The notes under the pieces: model-generated
Database searches by the model: none
The model's input: the letters and a program-made list of their open reading frames with translations, nothing else
What the model was told of the DNA's origin: nothing
Origin: a virus
Lineage: Duplodnaviria > Caudoviricetes
DNA: 64,000 bases
Direction: 5' to 3' (one strand)
IMG/VR virus record: IMGVR_UViG_2595698293_000001
Coordinates: 224,001 to 288,000 of that record
Program-made: the position numbers and the translations under genes
Shown: positions 48,604-58,580 of the stretch, piece after piece
How positions within the stretch are numbered: the stretch's first letter is position 1
How the letters are laid out: each line of letters starts with the position of its first letter

Positions 48604-49099
48604 AAAATCAAAGGAATATGCACAACGCATATCTGATTGTATTGAACTTATTCAATCAATGAGAAAAACTTTTTACGTAAATCACAAAGGTTCTTTTCGA
48701 TATCAACATGAAAATAATGGACTTATTACCATGAGCAGAGGCAAATCGCCTTTTGGTGAGGTTATATTAACATATGTACCAGATAATATTCATATTCCGT
48801 TCAATGATAATTATCTAATAGAAATATCAAATTATATTCCAGTACTAGATTATACAGAAGAAACCGAATTTCAATATAGTACTTTGTATAATAATGAAGA
48901 ATTGTTAATGCATTATATATATTCCATTCTATGGAATTTGAACATCAAAGGGAAAATTTATATAAACCAAAATATAAATTTAAGAACATATACAATGGCA
49001 TTGAAAAATATCAATAGTTATTTTCAGGACACAAATTATAATTTATATAAAGAATTGTGTAATAAAAAATTCAAATCAATGGAAATAAACTACTTATGA
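48584..49099 (+). CDS. family A protein
   Basis: TEETEFQYSTLY. Confidence 0.8.
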   Translation: MKTPIFEKSKEYAQRISDCIELIQSMRKTFYVNHKGSFRYQHENNGLITMSRGKSPFGEVILTYVPDNIHIPFNDNYLIEISNYIPVLDYTEETEFQYSTLYNNEELLMHYIYSILWNLNIKGKIYINQNINLRTYTMALKNINSYFQDTNYNLYKELCNKKFKSMEINYL

Positions 49100-49680
49100 T
49101 TGAAAGATATGAGTTTAGTACAAGAATATTAAATGAAGCACTCAAAAAAGTGCCATTAATTGTGGAAAAACATAGTAAATTATATTCTAAGTACAATAGT
49201 AATAGTACATTCAATGTTGGTATTAAAAATCAGAATTATGAAACTAACATTGATGATAGTTCCATTGAATATGGTTCAGCAAATGGTTCTTCATGGACAA
49301 TTGAATTTGACAATTCACTCCATGATTATTATAACTGGACACCAGAATATAATGAATTTAGCTTTAATACATCATCTGTTGCTTTTTTGGTTAGTAGTGA
49401 ACATATGTTGTACGCTCTTTATGATTTTAATACTGAAATTTTTATAATCGAAGACACCGATTTATCTTTTGAAGTAAATTGCATAGATTCGCTACGTGAA
49501 ATGATTTTTACATTACAACTGGAGTACTCAGATATTATTGAGACTGAATTACTATGGAGTATGCTATCACCGATGATTGAGTTTAAAAAGCTGTTGACAC
49601 CTGACAAAGATGTTGCTATTATATTTGAACCATATAGACAAGAGTTTTTAGAATTAAACCCAGAGATACCAAACGTATGA
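49096..49680 (+). CDS. family A-related protein
   Basis: degenerate motif LREMIFTLQLEY. Confidence 0.75.
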   Translation: MIERYEFSTRILNEALKKVPLIVEKHSKLYSKYNSNSTFNVGIKNQNYETNIDDSSIEYGSANGSSWTIEFDNSLHDYYNWTPEYNEFSFNTSSVAFLVSSEHMLYALYDFNTEIFIIEDTDLSFEVNCIDSLREMIFTLQLEYSDIIETELLWSMLSPMIEFKKLLTPDKDVAIIFEPYRQEFLELNPEIPNV

Positions 49681-50087
49681 TTCTATATCACTGTAGTACT
49701 GTAAAAATTGACAGCTTTTATATCCCCTTTGGTGGCTTACATTTTGGTGGTATTAATAGTGCTTTAGAAGCGGCGTTACGTAAGCTGAGAAGCCCACGAA
49801 ACACGTTGGATCACAAGGAGATACATATCCATAAATGTTTCGTGGAACTCGGTAAAACACAGCACAGTGAGGATTTGGGTGGTGAGGATTCGTGGAGAGC
49901 GGTGATCGATGAATGCTCACGATTAGGATTTAATTCAGTACAATATAAGAATGTATATGAACCTGATTCAGTACCTAGCTATATGATTTGGGACGCCAGT
50001 AGAGTAAAAATCATAGAAGTGGATTGTATTCATATGGATGACGCCGAACAAATACTGGAAGAATTTTATGATTCACATTGTACTTAA
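49677..50087 (+). CDS. ADP-ribosyltransferase-fold-like protein (putative)
   Basis: LYHCS...GLHFG...A and Y.N..E...SY motifs; internal promoter TTGACA-17-TATTAT at 49594. Confidence 0.5.
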   Translation: MILYHCSTVKIDSFYIPFGGLHFGGINSALEAALRKLRSPRNTLDHKEIHIHKCFVELGKTQHSEDLGGEDSWRAVIDECSRLGFNSVQYKNVYEPDSVPSYMIWDASRVKIIEVDCIHMDDAEQILEEFYDSHCT

Positions 50088-50107
50088 ACTAATACAGGTA
50101 ACGATTC

Positions 50108-50659
50108 ATGTCAGAACCAATAGAATATTTTAAAGCATGTTCTCGTTTGGTTAATTCAATTTCAAAGGATTTTTTATCAAGAAAACCAAAAGAGTATATT
50201 GATGATGTACTTGGATATAATTTTATATTATATTGTGGTTTTAGTTCATTAAGAATTTCAGTTGATGATGAAAACGAAACACCAGTACTTACAATTTTTA
50301 ATGTTGATTACATAACATGCAACCCAAAAGTATTTCATAAACCACGCTGGTGTATAACTAATATTGTTAACAGTGGTATTCAATGTGGTTTGGTGAAAAA
50401 AATTACCCACCGTTTTGATTCAGACGCTGAACTCATAGATTATGAGAATGATTTTAGTTCTAAGTTATTCTCTAATACTTTAACTGAAGAAGAATTTTTT
50501 CAGTACAGTACGGTACTGAAATTAAACACATTGGAATATTATCTGGAATGGAATAAAACTATAATGCAAGACAATACAAATGAAAAAGTTGTTTGGCATT
50601 GGTATTATGGTGATTTCATTTCAAAAGAAGCTATTGATGAATTATCGAAAAGAATATAA
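50108..50659 (+). CDS. family A protein
   Basis: TEEEFFQYSTVL. Confidence 0.8.
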   Translation: MSEPIEYFKACSRLVNSISKDFLSRKPKEYIDDVLGYNFILYCGFSSLRISVDDENETPVLTIFNVDYITCNPKVFHKPRWCITNIVNSGIQCGLVKKITHRFDSDAELIDYENDFSSKLFSNTLTEEEFFQYSTVLKLNTLEYYLEWNKTIMQDNTNEKVVWHWYYGDFISKEAIDELSKRI

Positions 50660-50672
50660 TAAGGATTAAAAA

Positions 50673-51161
50673 ATGATGCTTGACATTATCGGAAATTTAG
50701 ATATAGTTAATCAAATCATTCAATCAGCAATTGATGATATTAAGAAGAAGGAGATTGAAGTACGATGGAATTTCTTATCGTCTGATATTGGATACCTTGT
50801 TGATATTAGTGAACCAACAAAGAAACAAATGGTTGTACAAATCAATGCACTAAGTAACAGGCAATCTCTCTGTAAATTTTATATTACAAAGAATGGGATA
50901 ATTCTCAGATATAATAATAAATTGTTGTTTGAATACAAAAACAGTACTAAAACATTCATTACAAATTTATTTGATGAACCATTTTATATTGATGATTTAG
51001 AAAGTACTTTCTTTACTCAAAGATGTTTAAATTCGTTTGGTTCACTGGATAATATAGTATTTGATTATGATATCATGACTGAAACATTAAAGAAAACACA
51101 GGATTTATATTATGCCTACTTGGTGTTTACCCAAAAACGAGAAAATGCTAACACAGCCTGA
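50673..51161 (+). CDS. family A-related protein
   Basis: degenerate motif LESTFFTQ. Confidence 0.75.
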   Translation: MMLDIIGNLDIVNQIIQSAIDDIKKKEIEVRWNFLSSDIGYLVDISEPTKKQMVVQINALSNRQSLCKFYITKNGIILRYNNKLLFEYKNSTKTFITNLFDEPFYIDDLESTFFTQRCLNSFGSLDNIVFDYDIMTETLKKTQDLYYAYLVFTQKRENANTA

Positions 51162-51591
51162 CGATAGCGTATATAAGTGTATTGAGCATTTCGATTATTT
51201 TATTAATTCAAACAAAGAATTTATTGTGGTCGATTGTATACCATTGTATTTCATTAAATCCGATTCAAATACAATCAAAGAATTTAATATGTACTATGGT
51301 AGTGAATTTATATCAATTAAATTAATCAATAAATATTTGAAAAATTCTTATTCAATTGAAAGTTATTACAATGGAATATTTTTGCTCGGTATTAGTAATG
51401 AGTACATAAATTCAGTACTATTAAAATCAAACACAAATAAACCAGTTTATGCTGATCGAGAAGCATTCAATGAAATCGATTTCTTCCAGTATACATGTGG
51501 TGATGCTTATATACCATTACACACCAATACGATGTGTTTAGTTAAAGATAAATTGTTGGAGATTGAAAATGATTTCAAAAAATACTATTAA
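51145..51591 (+). CDS. family A protein
   Basis: NEIDFFQYT. Confidence 0.75.
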   Translation: MLTQPDDSVYKCIEHFDYFINSNKEFIVVDCIPLYFIKSDSNTIKEFNMYYGSEFISIKLINKYLKNSYSIESYYNGIFLLGISNEYINSVLLKSNTNKPVYADREAFNEIDFFQYTCGDAYIPLHTNTMCLVKDKLLEIENDFKKYY

Positions 51592-52060
51592 AACTGGAAT
51601 GCAATGTTTGATTGATTATTTTGAAAATCCAAAATCATACACTGAGGTACTGAAAGGTGATCACACATTTCATTACTACGGTGATGATATTCAGATTATA
51701 GTTGGATTTCATACATTAAAACTTTGTATTATTGATAATAAAAATTCAAATTGTTTTATTTTCTCTCCAGTAAAAATGCGAGAAGATGATATTTGCACCG
51801 AATTCGGTACTATTGTTGCTGTAATTGATGATGATGGTAGAAAAACACATGTATACGATACACTATTCATTGAAAGTTCTACTTTATTTCAATTGAGTTT
51901 AATTCACGATATTAATATTGATGGATTGGATATATTGATGTATAAGTACGGTGAATTACTTGAATTACTAGGGAAATCTAAAATTAATCACAATACTAAA
52001 TACATTAAAGAAGCATGTGAAAATTTATCAAAAGCTCACGTGCAATACTCTAACGAATAA
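51563..52060 (+). CDS. family A protein
   Basis: ESSTLFQLSLIH. Confidence 0.75.
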   Translation: MKMISKNTIKTGMQCLIDYFENPKSYTEVLKGDHTFHYYGDDIQIIVGFHTLKLCIIDNKNSNCFIFSPVKMREDDICTEFGTIVAVIDDDGRKTHVYDTLFIESSTLFQLSLIHDINIDGLDILMYKYGELLELLGKSKINHNTKYIKEACENLSKAHVQYSNE

Positions 52061-52101
52061 GACACTTCAGGAAGAAGTGCATTTTTTGGAAAGGATGCCC
52101 C

Positions 52102-52578
52102 ATGGAAAAGACCAGCATCATCGAAAATGGTGATATTAACGATATTTTATCTTTGAATGGATTTAAAATTCATGATATAATGTTTTCAGTGAGAGACATA
52201 ATTCAGTGCTTATTTTTATGTAGTAAAACAATGTACGATTATTATCATAGTGATTTATGTAATATGTTTGTCATTACTATCAGTACTGAAAACTCTTTTG
52301 TATTATCTTTTCCAATGAATACCAATGAAGAATTCATTCAAGCAGTACTAAGAAATGATAATGTAACTAATGCACAAACTGAAGTTCATAGAAAGAAGAA
52401 TACTTATACAATTAAAGATGATAAAATCATTATGTTTGTTAGTAAAGGTTTTATCATGGATAACTTCATTGTTAAAGAATCTTATCATGATTTTAAAATT
52501 GAACCTGATAGTTCTAAAGTTATGATTTATGCTAGTGATATTGAATCAATTACAGTATCTGATCCTGAACTGGAGTAA
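52102..52578 (+). CDS. hypothetical protein
   Basis: AAGGA RBS. Confidence 0.75.
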   Translation: MEKTSIIENGDINDILSLNGFKIHDIMFSVRDIIQCLFLCSKTMYDYYHSDLCNMFVITISTENSFVLSFPMNTNEEFIQAVLRNDNVTNAQTEVHRKKNTYTIKDDKIIMFVSKGFIMDNFIVKESYHDFKIEPDSSKVMIYASDIESITVSDPELE

Positions 52579-52582
52579 TATT

Positions 52583-52723
52583 ATGTCAAAGAAAAATAAA
52601 GTAAACAACTACGTTGCAAAGTACTGCAATGAGTTCAATAAAGCTCAAACTCACGTAGATCGTAAAAAAGAATTCAAAAAGGGTAAAATCAAACACAAAG
52701 GCGGGAGTGAATACTTCCGCTAA
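52583..52723 (+). CDS. small very basic conserved phage protein
   Basis: GGAG RBS; NYVAK...FNKAQTHVDRKK..KKG..KHK. Confidence 0.7.
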   Translation: MSKKNKVNNYVAKYCNEFNKAQTHVDRKKEFKKGKIKHKGGSEYFR

Positions 52724-52757
52724 TTTTTCGCCTAAATTTCGAGAAGAATAAAATAAT

Positions 52758-53651
52758 ATGAAAGACTTTTTAAATTTCTCTGTACTATCTGTAAAAGAGC
52801 ACTTTGATATAATTAAAGGAAGCTCTTTAAGCAATCCACCATTTAATTCAATTCATAAAAAAACTTATAGAAATGCAATAATTTATGAACTAATGGACTA
52901 TGATATTTGTTTTTATAAACACGACGGTGATAGTACTGAATTTAGTATTCAGGATCATTCATTTAATCTACCGTGTTATTCATTAGTTGAATCAAGAAAT
53001 TATAGTTCTTATTGTTCACATGATTATTCGTACAGAAAAGATTTATACACAAATGAATTGTCTTACAAACAATTCACATTAAATGGTATTGATTATGCAA
53101 AAAACACATTTAATGCAAGTGTAAGATATCACAGTATTTCTGATAAAATCAAATACAACCGAATTCTTACTGACTATAATTACTGCATTCGTTCATTATA
53201 TAGTGATATCAATAATATAAGTGCAACTGCAATTGAATCAGAATTCTTCAACAGAAATTTTCAAATTTTAGAAAAATCTAAAATTAGTACTGGATTTGTA
53301 TTCGAATCTAATTTTGATATTAGTATACCAAAAGAAAATAATAATAAATTATTAACAAGTGTTCACGTTAATCTAAAGAAAGAAACAAAAGATAGTAACA
53401 CATTATTTGAAATGAAATGGAATTATGATGATAGATTGGTATTTGAATTAGATACTCCAGATGCAAGTATTATGCATTTATATAATACACTATACACATT
53501 TCAATCTGAATTGTTGTTTGGTAAAACCGATTATTATCATTTTAAAAATTCATTAATTTATCTGGAAAAAATATTAGAGTATTATAAATCAGAATTACCC
53601 ATAATCAGTATTGTGTTAGAAAATATTAAGAGGAACAAAGATGGAAACTAA
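52758..53651 (+). CDS. hypothetical protein
   Basis: 297-aa ORF. Confidence 0.8.
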   Translation: MKDFLNFSVLSVKEHFDIIKGSSLSNPPFNSIHKKTYRNAIIYELMDYDICFYKHDGDSTEFSIQDHSFNLPCYSLVESRNYSSYCSHDYSYRKDLYTNELSYKQFTLNGIDYAKNTFNASVRYHSISDKIKYNRILTDYNYCIRSLYSDINNISATAIESEFFNRNFQILEKSKISTGFVFESNFDISIPKENNNKLLTSVHVNLKKETKDSNTLFEMKWNYDDRLVFELDTPDASIMHLYNTLYTFQSELLFGKTDYYHFKNSLIYLEKILEYYKSELPIISIVLENIKRNKDGN

Positions 53652-53949
53652 TTTTAAAATTGTATTCAAGGAATTTTTAATTCCATACCTTGGAAAGAGA
53701 TTCATTCCTTATAATGCGAAGAAAGTACAACACCCAGATGGTACTGAACTGTATTTGGTTGAAAGCACAGAACAAGATGCACTTGATTTATTCCTAATGC
53801 ATATCAAGAATGCAAATTCAGACGTTTATAACAAATATTTTGAGTACTTGTATAATGAATATATTCTTGAATTCCAGGATGAAAATATGTTCAGATTAGC
53901 AATGAGTGATTATTCTGAATGGTCAAATATCGTAATTGGAACAAACTAA
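53641..53949 (+). CDS. hypothetical protein
   Basis: GAGG RBS. Confidence 0.75.
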   Translation: METNFKIVFKEFLIPYLGKRFIPYNAKKVQHPDGTELYLVESTEQDALDLFLMHIKNANSDVYNKYFEYLYNEYILEFQDENMFRLAMSDYSEWSNIVIGTN

Positions 53950-53971
53950 ACTAACAAGAAGGATTAAAATT

Positions 53972-54358
53972 ATGCGTGATGAAAAGACAAGTAAAATTCT
54001 AAAAGCAATCGGTGGTGTTCTTATTATTGATGTAAAAGGAGAACCAAAACTTTGTGCTATGGAAGATCTAAAAAAATCAAAATTCTTTGATATTGGATCA
54101 CTCTTCAATGCTATCCGAGTGCTGAATAATAAAGAAGTTGAAGATTATGGTCTTAAATGGCCTACATACCGTGATGCTTCAGGTGAAATCAGCAATTCAT
54201 GGAAAACAATTCAGGAAGTACACAGTCGTTCTGATAATGATTGGGACTTTATCGTTGCTGTCTGTGAACAACTAAATGAAGAAGTACCTGAAGTACTGGA
54301 GAAATATATTGTATTACAAAATCTGGATAGTTTTCGTAATGGAACTTTGCAGTACTAA
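53972..54358 (+). CDS. hypothetical protein
   Basis: AAGGA RBS, start corrected. Confidence 0.75.
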   Translation: MRDEKTSKILKAIGGVLIIDVKGEPKLCAMEDLKKSKFFDIGSLFNAIRVLNNKEVEDYGLKWPTYRDASGEISNSWKTIQEVHSRSDNDWDFIVAVCEQLNEEVPEVLEKYIVLQNLDSFRNGTLQY

Positions 54359-54387
54359 TTAACAAAAAAACATAAAGGAATATAATA

Positions 54388-54675
54388 ATGAAAGAACAAG
54401 ATATGGATATGGAATACGATTTTATTAAAATTGAAGAAGGTGAAGAGAGTGAACAAGTAAGTACACAACTTGTTGCTAATACAAAACGTTCAATGATTGC
54501 CCGCAAACCAACCAGAACGCAGGAGGAATATGAATCGTTTATTGAATCAAAATACACAGAAGTCCATTATATGCAAGATGGTACACCATATGACGTCACC
54601 GTTACAGTACTGAAACCTGAAGTTAATGATCTTGAAGGTTTAAAACAGTGCTACGCATACCAAACACGTAGTTAA
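54388..54675 (+). CDS. hypothetical acidic protein
   Basis: AAGGA RBS. Confidence 0.75.
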   Translation: MKEQDMDMEYDFIKIEEGEESEQVSTQLVANTKRSMIARKPTRTQEEYESFIESKYTEVHYMQDGTPYDVTVTVLKPEVNDLEGLKQCYAYQTRS

Positions 54676-54684
54676 TATATTAAA

Positions 54685-54713
54685 GGCAGAGATGTACTTC
54701 TCTGCCAATTTTT
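54685..54713 (+). terminator. intrinsic terminator
   Basis: GGCAGAGA...TCTCTGCC then T tract. Confidence 0.6.
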
Positions 54714-54744
54714 AATTTAAAACAAAATAAGGTTTAGTAGATAT

Positions 54745-55605
54745 ATGAAATTATATTTTTTATTTTCTTTTGCTGAAGATATGTATGGATTTGCAGAAGT
54801 TGCAGAAAGTGATGGAATCTCATCACATACCAGGCATCAAAAACACCCACATGAGTTTTATAATAATTTATTCATGTTTATGCAATATAAAATTTTCTCA
54901 TCTGAATTTGATAATTTAGATCACCCATGGGAATTACCTTTAATTGATATTCCAGACGAATACGTATTTCAGTTCATGTTAATGGGTCTGGAAGACTATG
55001 ACTTAGTTGTTTATAACTACAGAACTAAACGCATTATGCTTGGAACTCACGATAGTTCCATTGTATATGTTTCAAGTACCAATGATGAGTTAGCGTCTGA
55101 TGAAGGTAATTATAGAAAATCTTATGGTTATATAGAAAATGATAATGATTTTATTTTAGATTTTCGTGTATCAGAAGAAGAAAGAAGAAAAAGAGAAACT
55201 TATCAAGTGGAGTTAAAACCAGATAATGGTTATAATGAAATTTTGGAAGTACTTAAACCATACTACCTTGATATTGTTTATAAGAAATATAAACGCCTGT
55301 TAAATCATCTTAGCGAAAAAGAACCAATTGGTTTTGAAACCAATTCATTACGTAATAGCATCATATTTCCACCTAGAGTAATGAAATATGGCGAGGTTTC
55401 TAAACACAAGATGAAACTATATCCCGATGATATTGAAGTTCTATATCATTCGTGGTTGAATAATGATGAACTATATGTAGAAAATAAAAAGTTAATGCGT
55501 ATAAGTAATAATGATGATAGATTGCTACAAGCGTGGTATAATGATTCATATTCTGCATTTACTGACAGTAATTCTGAGTATTGGAAGAACACAGGACAAA
55601 AATAA
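54745..55605 (+). CDS. hypothetical protein with family A-like motif near the N-terminus
   Basis: PDEYVFQFMLM. Confidence 0.8.
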   Translation: MKLYFLFSFAEDMYGFAEVAESDGISSHTRHQKHPHEFYNNLFMFMQYKIFSSEFDNLDHPWELPLIDIPDEYVFQFMLMGLEDYDLVVYNYRTKRIMLGTHDSSIVYVSSTNDELASDEGNYRKSYGYIENDNDFILDFRVSEEERRKRETYQVELKPDNGYNEILEVLKPYYLDIVYKKYKRLLNHLSEKEPIGFETNSLRNSIIFPPRVMKYGEVSKHKMKLYPDDIEVLYHSWLNNDELYVENKKLMRISNNDDRLLQAWYNDSYSAFTDSNSEYWKNTGQK

Positions 55606-55608
55606 ACC

Positions 55609-55636
55609 AAGGACGGCGTAAAAACCGTCCTTTTTT
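55609..55636 (+). terminator. intrinsic terminator
   Basis: AAGGACGG...CCGTCCTT-TTTT. Confidence 0.85.
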
Positions 55637-55684
55637 AATACATAAATATCTGAACGAAAAATAGATTTAAGATATAATGTTTAT

Positions 55685-56300
55685 AATTACAAGGATGTTG
55701 GATGCACAGGATGTGCATACACTAAAAACCTGATCCACTCGAAACAAGTAGAGGGCAGATGAGTATACCAACAATACGCCGTGTAGAGGATACCCGTTTA
55801 GGCGAGTCGACACGTTAAAGGGCAAAGGTAGCACGATTGCCCCAATCTCTCAGGAGATTGATAGGACGCGAATCCAGTTAAGTCTGGACATTAAGTGTAA
55901 AAGGGAGATTATTTTCTTTTAGATATTTTGGAAATAATCACAGTATTGAATTGCTTGAATAGTTCGGTACTGAAGTGCAAGTATGTTTAAACTTGTGACC
56001 GTTGCATGTGACTGCGATAAGGGGAAACCGGGCAACCCGCCTCTGCCTAATAAATTAAATTTATTAGAATTCGCAATTCAAGGAATTTCGACAGCTACGA
56101 GCTTCAAGGCTTAGCTTTTTATTTCTCTTCCCCTCCCTGTGGGGGGATGAAAATATCTCGTGCAAACGCCTTCAAGTATTGAAATTCACGAAGTGAATTG
56201 AAATTACTTGTTCTGTAGTCGAACGACAGTGAGACGTGAGAACAAGTAATTTCTGCATGTATCAACGAAGTGACAACGAGTTGATACATAGCACTTTAAA
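55685..56300 (+). ncRNA. candidate large structured ncRNA region with CsrA-consensus sites
   Basis: 740-bp gene-free gap, GC-richer, more than 10 stems, long-range GGGCAGA/TCTGCCT pairing; TACAAGGATGT and GCAC-AGGAT-GTGC at the 5' end. Confidence 0.55.
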
Positions 56301-56344
56301 ACATTATTGAATTCAATAATTAATATTATTATGGTTTTAAAGAA

Positions 56345-56956
56345 ATGAATTTAGAAGAACAGAAAAAAATCGCTTCAAGAAAACAAAAGAAAGGAATTGA
56401 TATTAAGTACTTGAATAAGGAATTTCAAATAGTTCATAATCCAGATAGCTCTTTTTGTGGTTACAGAATACGAACAGAACAAAATACATTATCTAATATA
56501 AGCGAGTATGAAAATGGTACTGAAATAGGAATTATTAACTTCAGACCAACTCAAACACCAACAATACTCGGAGCTAGATATAAACAATATTTTGAAGAGA
56601 GATATGCCAATGGAAACATTTCTCTTCATTATACATTTTATAAAAGCGTACTAATTGGTGAATACAAGAAATATGATTCAGATGGGAATTTAACACTAAG
56701 AGAATTCTATGATGGAAATGGTGATTGTACTAAAGAAATAAAAGAATTCATTGGTTTTAATGGAACCGATGAGGAATTTATGCATTACGAATTTAAAGAA
56801 GATGAAGAATTTAATATATTAATGCGATATGGTTCTCACTTCAAATTAATAAAAGAAATAAAATTTAAAACAGAATATTTTAATTACGTATATGAAAATT
56901 GCCTCAAACGTGGCTATATACGCAATGATTTAAATAAAAAGAAATTCAAACACTGA
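56345..56956 (+). CDS. MORN-variant repeat protein
   Basis: ERYANGNI...GEYKKYDSDGNL repeats. Confidence 0.65.
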   Translation: MNLEEQKKIASRKQKKGIDIKYLNKEFQIVHNPDSSFCGYRIRTEQNTLSNISEYENGTEIGIINFRPTQTPTILGARYKQYFEERYANGNISLHYTFYKSVLIGEYKKYDSDGNLTLREFYDGNGDCTKEIKEFIGFNGTDEEFMHYEFKEDEEFNILMRYGSHFKLIKEIKFKTEYFNYVYENCLKRGYIRNDLNKKKFKH

Positions 56957-56979
56957 GTTCAAATAAGGAAAACAATTTC

Positions 56980-57498
56980 ATGGAAAAGAAGAAAAATAAA
57001 CACGCGGTACATTTCAGTACAAGAAAAAATGATCTATGGACAACACCAAAACCATTGTTTGATAAACTAAATGCTTTGTGGAATTTTACAGTAGATGTTG
57101 CTTGCAGTAATGAAACAGCTTTGTGTCTTAAACACTACACACCAGAAGATGATGGTTTATCACAGGACTGGAGTAACGAAACATTTTGGTTAAATCCACC
57201 TTATAGTGATTTATCTCCTTGGTTATCAAAAAGCGTTGAAGACTATAACAGAGGTGCTACTGGTTTGATTTTGGTTCCAGCAAGAACTGATACCAGAGCT
57301 TTTCAGAATTTTGCTTCTCCTTTTTGTGATGCTATGTGTTTTATAAAAGGAAGGCTTAAATTTGGTAATCCACTAAAACCGAATGATAAACTAACATCAG
57401 CACCATTTCCTTCATGTATTATAGTACTGGATAAGAATCTAACACAAGCGAAAATAGATTGCCTAAAATCTTTAGGAAACACTATGGTTAACATATGA
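56980..57498 (+). CDS. dam: phage DNA N6-adenine methyltransferase (T1 Dam-like family)
   Basis: W.TP..LF, DVAC, DDGLSQDW, WLNPPYS, LVPARTDT, FIKGRLKF, APFPS. Confidence 0.9.
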   Translation: MEKKKNKHAVHFSTRKNDLWTTPKPLFDKLNALWNFTVDVACSNETALCLKHYTPEDDGLSQDWSNETFWLNPPYSDLSPWLSKSVEDYNRGATGLILVPARTDTRAFQNFASPFCDAMCFIKGRLKFGNPLKPNDKLTSAPFPSCIIVLDKNLTQAKIDCLKSLGNTMVNI

Positions 57499-58031
57499 AT
57501 AAATGTATAATTACTTTTGGTAGAATAAATCCAATTCATTTAGGTCATGGGATTTTATTCAATAAAGTACAAGATATTAGTACTGAATTAAATGCAGATT
57601 TTCGAATTTATCTCAGTACTACACAAGATCCAAAGAAAAATCCACTTCCACCTAATCTAAAACAATATTACACTTCAAATTTTTATCCAAACATTAAAGA
57701 TGTATTGAGTACTGAAAGTAATGTAATTAATATTATGCAAGATTTGGATTCTAAGTACAATGATATTATTTTTGTTTGTGGATCAGATAGAATAAATTCC
57801 TTTAAAAAAGCACTTGACAGTGCTAATGGAAAATTATATAATTTCGATTCAATACAAGTAATTCAGGCTGGGATTGAAAGAGAATGTAGCAAATATAGTA
57901 GTACTGTAATGCGTTCGTATGCACTTGATGGTGATTACAACTCATTTAGTACCTTTTTACCTGGAAAAGATGTTTATTTAAAAGAACAGCTATTTGAAGA
58001 TGTTCGACTGTATTTGGGAGTACAAAAATGA
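57495..58031 (+). CDS. HxGH-family nucleotidyltransferase (cytidylyltransferase-like)
   Basis: TFGRINPIHLGH, KNPL, GSDR, SSTVMR. Confidence 0.8.
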   Translation: MNKCIITFGRINPIHLGHGILFNKVQDISTELNADFRIYLSTTQDPKKNPLPPNLKQYYTSNFYPNIKDVLSTESNVINIMQDLDSKYNDIIFVCGSDRINSFKKALDSANGKLYNFDSIQVIQAGIERECSKYSSTVMRSYALDGDYNSFSTFLPGKDVYLKEQLFEDVRLYLGVQK

Positions 58032-58318
58032 TTCTGTTTAACACCAATGCACTACATTGGGATGAAAATGAAAAAACTGGATTCAGGAAAATTTCAGTAC
58101 TATATAAATCAAACAATGTATTGAATATTATTGCAAATAAAACGAATAATCAATGGATGACACAAGTGGTACCTATGGGTTATTCATATACAAAAGATGA
58201 AGTTGAATTTCTTGTTGAATTGTACAAAATTATAGTACCTATTATGGATTTTTTAGAACAAGATATCGTAATGGAACATTCCGATGTTCTTGATTTTCTG
58301 GAATCCATAAATGTCTAA
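58028..58318 (+). CDS. hypothetical protein
   Basis: ATGA overlap, GGAG. Confidence 0.75.
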   Translation: MILFNTNALHWDENEKTGFRKISVLYKSNNVLNIIANKTNNQWMTQVVPMGYSYTKDEVEFLVELYKIIVPIMDFLEQDIVMEHSDVLDFLESINV

Positions 58319-58571
58319 AATAGATATTTCATCTATATTCAATGAATCATGGCTTGAGCTTCGAGATGAACTGGCTATCATTGAATTTACTGAATTGTGG
58401 TTAATCAAGAGCCAAAAAAAATTCTCAGTAGAATTAAAACATAAATTATATCACGCATATAAAAATTCTCTACCTTGTACCATTAAAACAAAAAACATTA
58501 ATTACGATGGTAAAATAATATACTTAGACGATGGTTGTATATTTTATCTAGTAAAAATTGAATACATTTAA
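58311..58571 (+). CDS. hypothetical protein
   Basis: overlap chain. Confidence 0.7.
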   Translation: MSKIDISSIFNESWLELRDELAIIEFTELWLIKSQKKFSVELKHKLYHAYKNSLPCTIKTKNINYDGKIIYLDDGCIFYLVKIEYI

Positions 58572-58580
58572 GGAATAAAA

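Noticed and set aside
52583-52723. ArfA ribosome-rescue factor
   Set aside because: Basic composition and KKG/KHK are only loosely similar; not enough to assign.
55685-56160. RNase P RNA, tmRNA, group I or group II intron
   Set aside because: Hallmarks (GAGGAAAGUCC, tRNA-like ends, P7 R/S elements, canonical domain V) were not found, and no interrupted gene flanks the region.
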